A stretch of 64,000 bases of DNA from Algoriphagus marincola HL-49 (GCA_001314815.1 LJXT01000001.1:7301-71300), one strand, 5' to 3'; numbered from the stretch's first letter, positions 47,653 through 59,061 are shown. The notes: generated by a model from the sequence alone, not told the origin. A program made the numbers and translations.

Positions 47653-49057
47653 AATTTTCGAAAACTTCCCTCGGGTCGGTGATACGCCCGGTGACGGCCA
47701 CTGCTGCAACTGTCAAAGGAGAGGCAAGCATAGTCCTCGCACCCGGTCCTTGACGACCTTCGAAGTTTCGATTAGACGTAGAAACCGCATATTTTCCAGC
47801 AGGAATCTTATCATCGTTCATGGCTAGGCAGGCTGAGCAACCCGGCTGACGAAGTTCGAAACCAGCTTCTTCCAAGATTTTCACCAAGCCTTCTTCATGA
47901 GCGAGCTTTTCCACTTCTCTGGAGCCCGGAACAATCCAAGCGGTGATATTATCCGCTTTTTTCTTGCCCTTGACGAATTGTGCTACTGCGCGAATATCTT
48001 CGATTCGCCCATTGGTACAGGACCCGACAAATACATAATCGACTTGCTTTCCTTTGACCGGTTCACCCGGCAGGAAGCCCATATAATCCAAAGATTTGAG
48101 GTAAGACTTTTTATTGGAGCCTTCCATCCCATCCGTGGTCGGAATAGAGTCTTTGACCTTGATCCCCATTCCCGGATTGGTTCCGTAGGTGATCATGGGT
48201 TCGATATCAGCTGCATCAAAGTGAAGTTCCTTATCGAAAACAGCCCCATCGTCCGTTTTGAGTGTCTTCCAGTAGGCTACTGCCTTATCCCAATCTTCCC
48301 CTTTTGGGGCATATTGTTTACCTTTCAGGAAAGCAAATGTTGTCTCATCCGGAGCAATCAAACCTCCTCTGGCGCCCATTTCGATGGACATGTTGCAAAT
48401 GGTCATCCGAGCTTCCATGGATAGGTTTCGGATCGCCGATCCTGCATATTCCACAAAATAGCCGGTAGCCCCAGCGGCAGAGATTTTGGAAATGATGTAG
48501 AGAATGATGTCTTTGGAGGTCACTCCTTTTCCAAGTTCTCCTTCTACAGAGATTCGCATTTTCTTCGGCTTGGACTGCATGATGCACTGCGTCGCTAGCA
48601 CCATTTCCACTTCGGAAGTACCGATACCAAAGGCAATCGCTCCAAAGGCCCCGTGCGTGGAAGTATGTGAATCGCCGCAAACGATGGTCATCCCAGGTTG
48701 GGTTACTCCCAATTCCGGTCCGATCACATGGACAATTCCGTGATGAGCAGATCCCAAATCATGGAGCTCAATGCCGTATTTTGCGCAATTTTGGCGAAGC
48801 CTTTCCACTTGCATTCGAGAAAGCTTGTCCTTGATTGTCTGATCCTGATCTATCGTCGGAACATTGTGATCTGGTGTTGCTATCGTCCGATGGGGATATT
48901 TTACGCCAATGCCTCTTTTCTCCAAATTCAAGAAAGCTACAGGGGAGGTTACTTCATGGATAAAATGCTTATCAATGAAGAACACATCTGGCCCCGCAGG
49001 TACCGATTTCACGACATGTGAATCCCAGATTTTATCAAATAATGTTGTCTTTTCCAT
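47651..49057 (-). CDS. leuC: 3-isopropylmalate dehydratase large subunit
   Basis: [50 protein letters not shown]. Confidence 0.98.
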   Translation of the reverse strand: MEKTTLFDKIWDSHVVKSVPAGPDVFFIDKHFIHEVTSPVAFLNLEKRGIGVKYPHRTIATPDHNVPTIDQDQTIKDKLSRMQVERLRQNCAKYGIELHDLGSAHHGIVHVIGPELGVTQPGMTIVCGDSHTSTHGAFGAIAFGIGTSEVEMVLATQCIMQSKPKKMRISVEGELGKGVTSKDIILYIISKISAAGATGYFVEYAGSAIRNLSMEARMTICNMSIEMGARGGLIAPDETTFAFLKGKQYAPKGEDWDKAVAYWKTLKTDDGAVFDKELHFDAADIEPMITYGTNPGMGIKVKDSIPTTDGMEGSNKKSYLKSLDYMGFLPGEPVKGKQVDYVFVGSCTNGRIEDIRAVAQFVKGKKKADNITAWIVPGSREVEKLAHEEGLVKILEEAGFELRQPGCSACLAMNDDKIPAGKYAVSTSNRNFEGRQGPGARTMLASPLTVAAVAVTGRITDPREVFEN

Positions 49058-49059
49058 AA

Positions 49060-50568
49060 TTAGGCAGTCACGTATTCTTTGACTGGTATTTTGTTTAATG
49101 CATCCACAAATGCTTGAGCAGATGCCAATACGATATCTTGGTTGGAAGCAAAGCCGTAGTAAGGCTTGTCGGATTTGATGACCCGCATATGAACTTTTGC
49201 CACATCATTGGAGCCATGGGTCATGGCTTGAATCAGAAATTCTTCCAAATCAACTTGGGGCTGGACGACTTTTTCGATAGCTGTCAAAACAGCATCTACA
49301 GGACCAACTCCGCTTGCTGAAGCTTCATGGGATTCATTACCGATTTTCACTTTTACTTGAGCATTGATCTCACCATTGGAAGAATAAGTCACTTCTTCCA
49401 ATTCAATGAAATTGGATTCATCCATGTACTTTCCTACCAGCTCCAGCAAATCTTTTCTACCAATATCTCGCTTTGAATCAGCCAAGAGCAAAAACTCTTC
49501 GTAGACTTTGCGAAGCTCTTCGCCTTCTAATTCCACACCCAAGGCATCTAGATGATGCTTCAAGGCAGCTCTTCCGGATCTTGCAGTCAAGACAATCGAA
49601 GACTCCTCCACCCCGACCTCTTTTGGATCGATGATTTCGTAGTTTTCTCTGTGCTTCAAGACACCGTCCTGATGAATCCCTGAGGAGTGAGCAAAGGCAT
49701 TTCTACCTACAATCGCCTTATTAGGCTGCACAGGCATATTCATCAGTTTGGATACCAATCGGCTGGTTTGGTAAATCTTCTGCGTAACGATATCCGTGTG
49801 AACAGGAATGGACTGATGACATTTGATAGCCATCACCACCTCCTCCATGGAAGTATTTCCGGCACGTTCGCCGATTCCATTGATCGTCACTTCAACCTGC
49901 CGGGCACCATTTTGAACACCGGCCACCGTATTGGCAGTAGCCATCCCCAAATCATTGTGACAATGGGTGGCTATGATGGCCTTGTCAATATTGGGGACTC
50001 GATTTTTGAGATTTGCAATAAAGCCCCCATACTGCTCGGGTAGGCAATAACCTGTCGTATCCGGAATATTCACCACAGTAGCTCCGGCTTTGATGACCTC
50101 TTCTATGATTTTACAAAGAAAATCAGGCTCCGAACGCCCGGCATCTTCTGCATAAAACTCCACATCCTCCACAAACTGCTTGGCAAATTTCACCGCTGCC
50201 ACCCCACGGCGGATGATCTCATCCGGAGTGGAGCGGAGCTTGTACTGAATATGATAGGGAGAAACCCCAATACCCGTGTGAATTCGGCCTTTTTTGGCAT
50301 ACTTGAGTGCCGCTGCAGCTACTTCGATATCCTTTTCTACCGCACGTGAGAGGGCACAAATGATCGGATTGGAAACAGCTTTCGAAATCTCCTGTACAGA
50401 ATTGAAATCACCTGGGCTAGAGATGGGAAATCCTGCCTCAATTATATCAACTCCTAGTTCTTCTAGGGCCTTTGCCACGATAATTTTCTCCTGGGTATTC
50501 AGCTGACACCCTGGCACTTGCTCCCCGTCTCGCAGGGTTGTATCAAATATCCACAGCTTCTCACTCAT
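49060..50568 (-). CDS. leuA: 2-isopropylmalate synthase
   Basis: [43 protein letters not shown]; C-terminal regulatory domain G.GPVDA. Confidence 0.95.
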   Translation of the reverse strand: MSEKLWIFDTTLRDGEQVPGCQLNTQEKIIVAKALEELGVDIIEAGFPISSPGDFNSVQEISKAVSNPIICALSRAVEKDIEVAAAALKYAKKGRIHTGIGVSPYHIQYKLRSTPDEIIRRGVAAVKFAKQFVEDVEFYAEDAGRSEPDFLCKIIEEVIKAGATVVNIPDTTGYCLPEQYGGFIANLKNRVPNIDKAIIATHCHNDLGMATANTVAGVQNGARQVEVTINGIGERAGNTSMEEVVMAIKCHQSIPVHTDIVTQKIYQTSRLVSKLMNMPVQPNKAIVGRNAFAHSSGIHQDGVLKHRENYEIIDPKEVGVEESSIVLTARSGRAALKHHLDALGVELEGEELRKVYEEFLLLADSKRDIGRKDLLELVGKYMDESNFIELEEVTYSSNGEINAQVKVKIGNESHEASASGVGPVDAVLTAIEKVVQPQVDLEEFLIQAMTHGSNDVAKVHMRVIKSDKPYYGFASNQDIVLASAQAFVDALNKIPVKEYVTA

Positions 50569-50592
50569 GATCTTTGGGTTTAGGTTTGGGGT

Positions 50593-51636
50593 TTAATTAT
50601 TTTCTGGTCTCAACTGACGGACGACTGCACCGGCCTGCCACATTTCAGACTCACGCAATTCTTTCAACTCAGCCTCCAGCTTTTCTCTGTAATCTGACTT
50701 CGAATTGGAATCAATGGATTTTTGAGCTTCTTGTCCTGTTTTGACAGAATCATACAATGCCTCAAAAACAGGCTTGGTAGCATCCCGGAAAGGCTTCCAC
50801 CAATCTAGAGCACCTCGTTGAGCCGTAGTGGAGCAGTTGGCATACATCCAATCCATTCCATTTTCTGCTACCAAAGGCATCAAAGACTGCGTCAACTCCT
50901 CTACTGTCTCATTGAAAGCTTCGGATGGAGTATGACCATTTGCTCTCAAAACCTCATATTGGGCAGCAAAAATCCCTTGGATCGCTCCCATCAAAGTTCC
51001 TCTTTCACCGGTGAGGTCAGAAGTAACTTCACGGTAAAAATCTGTTTCGAAAAGGTATCCTGACCCTACTCCTATACCTAAGGCAACGACACGATCCTTA
51101 GCCTTACCTGTTGCATCTTGGTAAATCGCATAAGAGGAATTCAAACCACGACCCTCTACAAACATTCTTCTCAGAGAGGTGCCGGATCCTTTTGGCGCCA
51201 CCAAAATCACATCTACATCTGCCGGAGGTATGATTCCTGTTTTATCCTTATAAGTCACACCAAATCCATGCGAGAAGTATAATGCCTTTCCAGGAGTCAG
51301 GTGTTTTTTCACAGTTGGCCAAAGGGCAATTTGTCCAGCATCTGACAGCAAAAACTGAATGATCGTACCTTTTTCACAGGCTTCTTCGATCTCAAAAAGC
51401 GTCTCGCCAGGAACCCATCCGTCCGATACGGCTTTATCCCAAGTTTTGGAATTTTTACGCTGTCCTACGATGACGTTGAATCCATTGTCTTTAAGGTTCA
51501 AAGCCTGTCCTGGGCCTTGGACACCATAGCCAATGACTGCGATCACCTCATCCTTGAGTACTTCTCTGGCTTTCTCCAGTGGGAATTCCTCGCGGGTCAC
51601 CACATTTTCTTCAACATTGCCGAATTTTAATTTCAT
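50593..51636 (-). CDS. ilvC: Ketol-acid reductoisomerase
   Basis: IGYGVQGPGQ, FSHGF, VAPKGSG, SDLTGERGTLMG. Confidence 0.97.
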   Translation of the reverse strand: MKLKFGNVEENVVTREEFPLEKAREVLKDEVIAVIGYGVQGPGQALNLKDNGFNVIVGQRKNSKTWDKAVSDGWVPGETLFEIEEACEKGTIIQFLLSDAGQIALWPTVKKHLTPGKALYFSHGFGVTYKDKTGIIPPADVDVILVAPKGSGTSLRRMFVEGRGLNSSYAIYQDATGKAKDRVVALGIGVGSGYLFETDFYREVTSDLTGERGTLMGAIQGIFAAQYEVLRANGHTPSEAFNETVEELTQSLMPLVAENGMDWMYANCSTTAQRGALDWWKPFRDATKPVFEALYDSVKTGQEAQKSIDSNSKSDYREKLEAELKELRESEMWQAGAVVRQLRPENN

Positions 51637-51675
51637 GATTCTAAAATTAGGTTTAATAGATTGATTTTTAATGTT

Positions 51676-52176
51676 TTATGATAAATACTGATCAATTGTT
51701 CGCATTCGTTTCGCGACAGCAACTCTGCCAGATCTTGCAAACTCGAGAAGACCATAGCCCTTTAGAATTTCCAGCAGCTCCTGAGTTTGTTCTTTATGTC
51801 CAGCTACTTCCAGCACGACAAATTCCTGCTCTGCCGAAATGATTTTTGCATGATGCTGCCGAATGATTTTCTCCAAGCTTCCGTCCAAACGAGCCACAGG
51901 GATCTTGTAAAGGGCGATCTCCTGATAGACCACGCCGGAATCTTCATGATAAAATGCCTTGATGACATCAATGATTTTTTCGATTTGATTGACGAGCTGA
52001 ACCACCATTTCTTCGGAGGTAGTCACCTCGATCGTAATTCGATGAATCCCATCCACACTGCTTTCGGAAGCCGTAAGCGCATCGATATTGATACCCCTTC
52101 GGGTGAAAATGATGGTGATACGGTTGAGAATTCCGATAAAATTCTCCGTGATGACAAAAATTGTATAGCGTTTCAT
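51676..52176 (-). CDS. ilvN: Acetolactate synthase small subunit
   Basis: ACT domain EN..GILNRI...F.RRGINI..L; EFARSG. Confidence 0.95.
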   Translation of the reverse strand: MKRYTIFVITENFIGILNRITIIFTRRGINIDALTASESSVDGIHRITIEVTTSEEMVVQLVNQIEKIIDVIKAFYHEDSGVVYQEIALYKIPVARLDGSLEKIIRQHHAKIISAEQEFVVLEVAGHKEQTQELLEILKGYGLLEFARSGRVAVAKRMRTIDQYLS

Positions 52177-52182
52177 AGAATG

Positions 52183-53880
52183 TTAGCTTAGTCGTACTTC
52201 CTCCACCGAACATCCGGTAGCGATCATCGGGAATACATTATCTTCTTTCTCCACCACCACTTCCAAGAAATAAGGACCGTCATGGATCAGCATATCTTCG
52301 ATAGATTCCGTGAGCGTATTTCTTTCGGTGACCTTCTGGGCTTTGATGCCATAAGCTTCTGCCAGTTTGATGAAATCTGGATTGTTCAATTCGGTAAATG
52401 AGTAGCGCTTATCAAAAAACATCTGCTGCCACTGACGGACCATCCCGAGATAATTATTATTGAGCAATACAATTTTTACCGGCGCCTTGGTCTGCATGAT
52501 GGTACCTAACTCTTGGATAGTCATCTGGATTCCTCCATCTCCGACCACGCATACTACCTGTCGGGAATAGTCGTAGAGCTGTGCTCCCAAGGCCGCAGGA
52601 AGCGCAAAGCCCATGGTCCCCAATCCGCCTGATGTGATTTGGGTTCTTGTTTTTTTATACTGAAAATACCGCCAAGCGATCATTTGGTGCTGTCCCACGT
52701 CGGTAACCAAAACAGCATCGTCTGCCTTGTAGCGATTGATTTGATTGATTACCTCTCCCATGGTAAGGCCTACTTTGGTCGGAGTGATATCATGCTGCAT
52801 CACAGCTTCCTTTTCCATCTGCTCCAACTCACGAAACTTCCCTAGCCATTCCGGATGGGACCCTTGCTCTACCGCTTCGGTCAGCATGGAAAGACTTTCC
52901 TTACAGTCTCCCAAAACTCCTACTTCAACTTTGACATTTTTATTAATCTCAGCAGCGTCCAACTCAAGATGAATGACTTTTGCCTGCTTGGCATAGCGCT
53001 TCAGATCTCCGGTCACCCGATCATCAAATCGCATTCCTACCGCAATAAGAACATCGCATTGATTGGTCAGCAGGTTAGGAGCATAATTTCCGTGCATACC
53101 TAGCTTACCCACGTAATTTGGATGATCTTCAGAAAGTGCCCCTGAACCCAAAAGGGTAGAGGCACCAGGAATACCTGTTTTATCCAAGAAAAACTTCAAC
53201 TCGGTCTCAGCTTTTCCCAAGACCACGCCTTGTCCAAAAAGCAAATAGGGTCGCTTAGCCTGCTTGATCAACTCTGCAGCTTTCTGAATAGCATTTGGGT
53301 CTATTGGCTGATGAACTTTGTAAGATCTGAAGCCTAAGCAAGGCGTGTAGTTCATCTGCCCAAAGTCTACCTGAGCATTTTTTGTAATATCAATCAATAC
53401 CGGTCCGGGACGTCCAGACCTAGCGATGTAAAAGCCCTTTGCAATAGCAGGTGCAATATCTTCCACTCTTCTCACCTGAATATTCCATTTCGTCCCAGGC
53501 ATAGAAATACCGACCACATCCGTCTCCTGAAAGGCATCTGTACCCAAAAGGTGTGCGGCAACTTGCCCAGTAATACAAACCAAGGGTGTGCTGTCGATTT
53601 GCGCATCAGCCAGCCCCGTGATCAAATTAGTCGCTCCGGGGCCTGAAGTAGCCAAGCAGACTCCGACTTTTCCAGAAACCCGGGCATAGCCTTGTGCTGC
53701 ATGAATAGCTCCCTGTTCATGCCGAGTCAAGACGTGCTTGATCTGCTCATGATAATCGTACAGGGCATCGTATACAGGCATGATTGCGCCTCCAGGATAC
53801 CCAAAGATAATTTCTGCTTGCTCTGCGATTAGGGACTGCACAACTATGTCTGCCCCACGAATCATGGATTCTTCCTTCAT
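52183..53880 (-). CDS. ilvB: Acetolactate synthase large subunit
   Basis: FGYPGGA, RHEQGA, TSGPGATN, DVGQHQM, GDGGIQM, NNYLGMVRQWQ. Confidence 0.97.
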   Translation of the reverse strand: MKEESMIRGADIVVQSLIAEQAEIIFGYPGGAIMPVYDALYDYHEQIKHVLTRHEQGAIHAAQGYARVSGKVGVCLATSGPGATNLITGLADAQIDSTPLVCITGQVAAHLLGTDAFQETDVVGISMPGTKWNIQVRRVEDIAPAIAKGFYIARSGRPGPVLIDITKNAQVDFGQMNYTPCLGFRSYKVHQPIDPNAIQKAAELIKQAKRPYLLFGQGVVLGKAETELKFFLDKTGIPGASTLLGSGALSEDHPNYVGKLGMHGNYAPNLLTNQCDVLIAVGMRFDDRVTGDLKRYAKQAKVIHLELDAAEINKNVKVEVGVLGDCKESLSMLTEAVEQGSHPEWLGKFRELEQMEKEAVMQHDITPTKVGLTMGEVINQINRYKADDAVLVTDVGQHQMIAWRYFQYKKTRTQITSGGLGTMGFALPAALGAQLYDYSRQVVCVVGDGGIQMTIQELGTIMQTKAPVKIVLLNNNYLGMVRQWQQMFFDKRYSFTELNNPDFIKLAEAYGIKAQKVTERNTLTESIEDMLIHDGPYFLEVVVEKEDNVFPMIATGCSVEEVRLS

Positions 53881-53885
53881 AGACT

Positions 53886-55568
53886 TTAGAATTTATCGGT
53901 TACGCAGCCTTCTGATGCGGTTGCCACGAGTTGATTATATTTTTTCAGGGTACCCTGCAATCCTTCAATTTTCTTGGGTGACCAGGAATTTTTGCGCTCC
54001 GCAAACTCTTCTTCACTCACTTGCACTGAAAGCTCAAAATTATTCGCATCGATTGTGATAACATCTCCGTCTTTCAAGAGTCCAATGGGCCCTCCGCACC
54101 AAGCCTCAGGGGTAACGTGTCCCACTACAAAGCCATGCGTTCCACCAGAGAATCTACCGTCAGTAATTAGAGCTACATCTGAACCCAAGCCCGCTCCAAT
54201 GATCATGGAGGTTGGTTTAAGCATCTCTGGCATCCCGGGAGCGCCTTTTGGACCGACATTTCGAACTACCACTACATCTCCAGCCTGCACCTTGTGATCC
54301 CGTATGGCATTATTGGCCTCCAATTCAGAATCGAAAACTTTGGCTGGACCAGTGAATGAAACCCCTTCCTTTCCAGTGATCTTCGAAACTGCCCCTTCAG
54401 GAGCAAGATTTCCCTTGAGAATGCATAGATGACCGGTTTTCTTAATGGCTTGATCGATTGGCCGAATACAATTGACCAAGGATGGTACAATGGGGTCGAT
54501 ATTTTCCAGATTTTCGGCTAGAGTCTTCCCGGTGACGGTCATACAGTCCCCATGGAGCATTCCTTGATCTAGCATGAATTTCATGAAAGCTGGAAGCCCA
54601 CCTTGTTCATGAAGATCTTCCATCAGGAATTTTCCGGAAGGTTTGAAGTCTCCTAACAATGGGGTGATATCATTTACAGCTTTGAAGTCTTCAAGTGTAA
54701 AATCTACTCCAGCAGTACGCGCAATCGCCAGGATATGCATCACGGCATTGGTACTTCCACCTAGGGCTACGATGACTCGTACGGCATTTTCTACGCTTTT
54801 TCGTGTGACGATATCCTTTGGTTTGATATCTTTTTCAAGTAGGATTTTGATGTATTTGCTGACCTCTCTACACTCTCGGAGTTTCTCAGGGGAGTTGGCT
54901 GGATAGGAAGCTGAGTAAGGAAGAGACATTCCCATAGCTTCTGCAGCAGATGACATGGTGTTGGCGGTATACATCCCACCACAGGCGCCTGCTCCGGGGC
55001 AAGCATTTCGGATCACTCCATCATAGTCTTCATCTGAGATCGTTCCTTGGATCTTTTTCCCAAATGCCTCAAATGCAGATACGATGTTCAGTTTCTCACC
55101 TTTATAATTGCCCGAGGCAATCGTCCCACCATAAACCATAATCGATGGGCGGTTGATGCGAAGCATTCCCATGATCGCCCCGGGCATATTTTTATCACAT
55201 CCTGCTACTGCCACACAGGCATCAAAGGAGTGACCCAATATGAATGACTCAATCGAATCTGCAATGATCTCTCTGGAAACCAAGGAATAACGCATTCCTA
55301 GGGTCCCCATGGAAGTACCATCAGAAATCCCGATGGTATTGAAAACCAACCCGGTCAAATCATGCTCTTGAGTAGTTGATTTGATCTCAGAAGCAAAGTC
55401 ATTGAGGTGCATATTGCAGGGATTGCTTTCATAGCCACAGCTAGCGATTCCTACAAAAGGCTGCATTAATTTCTTATCAGATAGACCAGTGGCGTATAGC
55501 ATGGCTTTGCCTGCCGGATGCTCGGGATTATCAGAGATTTCCCAACTATATTTTTTAAGGTTTTTCAT
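53886..55568 (-). CDS. ilvD: Dihydroxy-acid dehydratase
   Basis: [44 protein letters not shown]. Confidence 0.97.
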   Translation of the reverse strand: MKNLKKYSWEISDNPEHPAGKAMLYATGLSDKKLMQPFVGIASCGYESNPCNMHLNDFASEIKSTTQEHDLTGLVFNTIGISDGTSMGTLGMRYSLVSREIIADSIESFILGHSFDACVAVAGCDKNMPGAIMGMLRINRPSIMVYGGTIASGNYKGEKLNIVSAFEAFGKKIQGTISDEDYDGVIRNACPGAGACGGMYTANTMSSAAEAMGMSLPYSASYPANSPEKLRECREVSKYIKILLEKDIKPKDIVTRKSVENAVRVIVALGGSTNAVMHILAIARTAGVDFTLEDFKAVNDITPLLGDFKPSGKFLMEDLHEQGGLPAFMKFMLDQGMLHGDCMTVTGKTLAENLENIDPIVPSLVNCIRPIDQAIKKTGHLCILKGNLAPEGAVSKITGKEGVSFTGPAKVFDSELEANNAIRDHKVQAGDVVVVRNVGPKGAPGMPEMLKPTSMIIGAGLGSDVALITDGRFSGGTHGFVVGHVTPEAWCGGPIGLLKDGDVITIDANNFELSVQVSEEEFAERKNSWSPKKIEGLQGTLKKYNQLVATASEGCVTDKF

Positions 55569-55576
55569 AGGGGTAT

Positions 55577-55607
55577 AAAAAAAGTGCCTTCATGTAATGA
55601 GGCACTT
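55577..55607 (-). terminator. Attenuator terminator of the ilv-leu leader
   Basis: mRNA AAGTGCCT-cattacatga-AGGCACTT followed by a T run. Confidence 0.9.
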
Positions 55608-55644
55608 ACAGATTTTTTATTTTGATATAGTCTAGTGCCTCACC

Positions 55645-55695
55645 TTAGTATCCTAGGAGAATAATAATGCTAAGCAAAAAGACCACTCGATTCAT
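55645..55695 (-). CDS. ilv-leu operon leader peptide MNRVVFLLSIIILLGY (16 aa)
   Basis: 9 of 16 codons are Val/Leu/Ile. Followed by antiterminator TGAGGCACT (55634-55642), complementary to the terminator 5' arm. Promoter -7 TAAATTTG at 55734-55741. Confidence 0.88.
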   Translation of the reverse strand: MNRVVFLLSIIILLGY

Positions 55696-56077
55696 AGATT
55701 TTGGGTTGAGCTGCTGTGAATTCGAAATTTTGTCAAATTTAAGTTTCATGAAGGAGACTAACAATATTTAATTCGCTTAAAAATCTTTAACACAGAATAT
55801 AAATTATCGCAATATGAATTTTTATAGAATTTTATTCTTATATAATAACTTTTTATGCTTATTATTCTATTTGAAATATATTTTTTTTCAAAAAACAGAA
55901 TTTTATACTGAATTGACTTTTTTTTAATAAAAAGTGAAAAAGATTCCATTTTTATCAATCGAAGGGATCAATCGCCTTATTTTTCCTAATCTTTCCAAGA
56001 TTAACTTGAAAATATTCAAAGATCGAATTGTAAACTTTTCAGTCTAAAATCCACTTAATTTGCGGAAAGCTCTAGAC

Positions 56078-56884
56078 ATGATCACTTTCCCTAATGCAAA
56101 AATTAACCTCGGACTGCATATCCTAGGAAAAAGAAAGGATGGATACCACGAAATCGAAACTTGCATGGTTCCTATCCCTCTTCTGGATGCCTTAGAAATC
56201 ATTTTGGATAAAAAAGGCGGCTGGGAAAGCACCGGAATCCAAATACCGGGTGAGGCCAAAGACAATTTGATTTTAAAAGCAGAAAAGCTACTGAGAAAGG
56301 ATTTTCAGGGGCTACCACAACTCAAAATCCACCTTCATAAAAATATACCAATGGGAGCAGGTCTCGGTGGGGGTTCGGCTGACGGAGCTTTCGCTTTGAA
56401 ATTGATGAACAATCTTTTTGACCTCCATCTCGATGACTACTTTCTAGAAGAATATGCCGCACAGCTTGGAAGCGATTGTCCATTTTTTATCGAGAATACG
56501 CCAAAAATCGCCCGTGGTCGGGGTGAAATCCTCAATCCCGCAAATATATCTCTTGCAGGAAGCTATCTGGTCTTGATCAATCCGGGAATTCACATCGGCA
56601 CCAAAGAGGCCTATTCAGGCGTCCACCCTGCTGCACCAAAAGTGAAGATTGAGGAGGTTTTAGCAGATCGAAGTAGATGGAAAGATGAATTGGTCAATGA
56701 TTTTGAACCAAGTATTTTTAGAAGCCATCCTGAAATAGCCGACATCAAAAGCCAACTGTATCAAGCTGGTGCCTACTACGCAGCTATGTCCGGTTCCGGT
56801 TCCAGTGTATTTGGTCTTTTCGAAACAAAGCCAAGTGGAATTGATTTTCCGGAGCATTATTTTTGTTTTGAAAAAGAACTTTAA
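56078..56884 (+). CDS. ispE: 4-diphosphocytidyl-2-C-methyl-D-erythritol kinase
   Basis: PNAKINLGL, KNIPMGAGLGGGSADGA, LGSDCPFF, MSGSGSSVFG. Confidence 0.96.
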   Translation: MITFPNAKINLGLHILGKRKDGYHEIETCMVPIPLLDALEIILDKKGGWESTGIQIPGEAKDNLILKAEKLLRKDFQGLPQLKIHLHKNIPMGAGLGGGSADGAFALKLMNNLFDLHLDDYFLEEYAAQLGSDCPFFIENTPKIARGRGEILNPANISLAGSYLVLINPGIHIGTKEAYSGVHPAAPKVKIEEVLADRSRWKDELVNDFEPSIFRSHPEIADIKSQLYQAGAYYAAMSGSGSSVFGLFETKPSGIDFPEHYFCFEKEL

Positions 56885-56941
56885 ATTCTAAGAGCCTTCA
56901 ATAAGAAAACATCTACTTCAAATCAATTCTGCAAAAGCCAT

Positions 56942-57055
56942 TTGATATCAAAAATCAAGATATGGCTTAAAAAACGGGCTTACAAAAAATCTTTTCAACG
57001 TGCCAAAAAAGATCCCCAGATTATTGAGCTTGCAGAATGGGGAATGGATGATTAA
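56942..57055 (+). pseudogene. Short antitoxin-like ORF or remnant (LISKIKIWLKKRAYKKSFQRAKKDPQIIELAEWGMDD*)
   Basis: 37-codon frame below the ORF-track cut-off. SF.RA..D....LAE.G..D resembles C-termini of antitoxins paired with PemK/MazF toxins (from memory). Confidence 0.4.
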
Positions 57056-57074
57056 GCGAGTCAGCTGGATGATT

Positions 57075-57986
57075 TTAACCCAAAGTCCTCACAGTCTTTC
57101 TCCGCTTATTCCAGTAATTCAGTACAGGATAAATCAAAACCGAAACCAGAATAATCAAGGTCCCCAGATAAAACTCGGAAGTCATTTTTTCCTTTTCCCC
57201 AAAAATCAAAACGGCCAAAACAATTCCATACACCGGCTCCAGGTTAATCGTCAAATTGATCGAAAAAACAGTCAATCGCTTCATCAAATCCACCGAAACG
57301 GAAAAAGCATAGACTGTACACACTCCTCCCAAAACCAATAGCCAAAACCAATCCATCCCCTGCCAAGTCCATTGAATACCGGCCCCATCGGTCAGCCAAA
57401 TTGAATAAACAGGCATGAAGACCAGAATTGCCAAACAGGCTCCTGTCATCTCATAAAAGGTGATTTGGTAGGGATCGTGACGCTTGGTCAGTCGACCATT
57501 AATGACAGAAAAGCAAGCCGCCAAAAAAGCCGAAGCCAAAGCCATAGATAGCCCTAGCCAATAGCCTGTTTCAAATTTGAAAATGACCAAGAGGCCGGAG
57601 ATCACCAGTAAACCCAAAGCGACTTCGTACCATTTGATTTTTGCTTTATTGAAAAAGGGCTCGACAAATGCTGTCCAGAGAGAGGTCGTGGCCATTCCAG
57701 CTAAGCAAACAGAAACTGTGGAAACCCGCGCTGACCAAAAAAACAGAATCCAATGCAAGGCGATCAGTACTCCGGTACCCAACACTTTCCACATCTGGTG
57801 AGGAGGAATCAGGATATTTTTCTTTTTCCAGGCAAATAGCAGAGCAACGCCAATTGAGGCGATGAGGGTTCGGTAAAAAACCAGTTCAAGAGCCGGTAGA
57901 GAGATTAAAACTCCCAGAATAGCTGTAAAACCCCATATCAAAACAATGAGGTGGAGTAAAAGATAATCTTTCAATGAAGCCTGCAT
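57075..57986 (-). CDS. DMT/EamA family transporter
   Basis: LHLIVLIWGFTAILG, ALHWILFF, NLEPVYGI; 10 TM helices. Confidence 0.9.
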   Translation of the reverse strand: MQASLKDYLLLHLIVLIWGFTAILGVLISLPALELVFYRTLIASIGVALLFAWKKKNILIPPHQMWKVLGTGVLIALHWILFFWSARVSTVSVCLAGMATTSLWTAFVEPFFNKAKIKWYEVALGLLVISGLLVIFKFETGYWLGLSMALASAFLAACFSVINGRLTKRHDPYQITFYEMTGACLAILVFMPVYSIWLTDGAGIQWTWQGMDWFWLLVLGGVCTVYAFSVSVDLMKRLTVFSINLTINLEPVYGIVLAVLIFGEKEKMTSEFYLGTLIILVSVLIYPVLNYWNKRRKTVRTLG

Positions 57987-59060
57987 TTATCGCGGGACGG
58001 TTTTATAAAGCACTAGTCCTACTGAAGCAAAGATGATATTGGGTAGCCAAACAGCAAAAATGGGGAATTCGGATCCGTTTTCGGCGAAGGTTCTGGATAG
58101 TATAAAAAGCAATATGTAGATAAAAGCCATCAAAAAACCCATGGCAATCTGAAAGCCCGAACCACCCCGAGTCTTCCGAGCCGACATAATTACTCCGATG
58201 AAAGTCAAAATCAAGGCAGCAAAGGGAGACATAAACCGGACATAGCGTTCGATTTTGTAATAGGCGACATTATCAGCTCCCCGATCCTCCAAAATCCGGA
58301 TTTGTCGGCTGAGTTGAGGTAACTTGAGCGTCTCGTGATGATTCTCCGGCACTCCAAAGTCCTCTGGAACGATCGAAAGCACTGTATCCAATTCGGTACC
58401 TACCGACCATTTTTCACCTTCCTCCTTCAGTTCTCGGAGCCTCCAGTTTTTCAAAGTCCAGGCATTCTTTGCGGTATCCCATTCTATCCGGTCAGATGAA
58501 AGCTTGGCTAGCATCTCGCCGTCTCTGATAGTTTCCAATGTGAAATTATAGCCAGTGCTGTTAGTCTTAAAGAATCGACTCAAATATGCGTAGCTATCCT
58601 CCCCTACCTTGATGTGAATATTTTGCTCATTTTGAGGGGCTCCTTTTTCCAGATACACCAAGCGAAAAACCGTTAGATTCTCAGTAGCTGTAGGCAGCAC
58701 CCAACCATTGAGTAAAAAACTTACGCCTCCGATCAAAGCTGCGGAGAATAGAAAAGGGAAAAGCAAACGAACAAAGCTCACCCCACTTCCAAGTATGGCG
58801 ATAATCTCGGTTCGTCCAGCCATCTTGGAAGTGATGAAAATAACCGAAATAAAAACTGTAATCGGTGTGAGGAGATTATTCAAGTAAAGTCCATAGTTTC
58901 CCATGTACTTGAGTATCTCGACCGTAGGCACTTGATTTTGGATGTATTTGTCATTTTTTTCCGTAAAATCCAGTACCAAAACCACCAAAATCAACATCAA
59001 GACCACAAAGAAATAGGTCTTCAAAAAATCTTTGATAATGAGTCGATCGATCAGTTTCAT
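57987..59060 (-). CDS. LptF/LptG family LPS export permease
   Basis: IDRLIIKDFL, RTEIIAILGSGVSF.RL, RKTRGG, WLPNIIF. Confidence 0.9.
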   Translation of the reverse strand: MKLIDRLIIKDFLKTYFFVVLMLILVVLVLDFTEKNDKYIQNQVPTVEILKYMGNYGLYLNNLLTPITVFISVIFITSKMAGRTEIIAILGSGVSFVRLLFPFLFSAALIGGVSFLLNGWVLPTATENLTVFRLVYLEKGAPQNEQNIHIKVGEDSYAYLSRFFKTNSTGYNFTLETIRDGEMLAKLSSDRIEWDTAKNAWTLKNWRLRELKEEGEKWSVGTELDTVLSIVPEDFGVPENHHETLKLPQLSRQIRILEDRGADNVAYYKIERYVRFMSPFAALILTFIGVIMSARKTRGGSGFQIAMGFLMAFIYILLFILSRTFAENGSEFPIFAVWLPNIIFASVGLVLYKTVPR

Positions 59061-59061
59061 G

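Noticed and set aside
55758-55958. 66-aa minus-strand ORF, or oriC
   Set aside because: The translation is low-complexity K/I/Y/F from an AT-rich tract. I found no TTATCCACA-type DnaA boxes.
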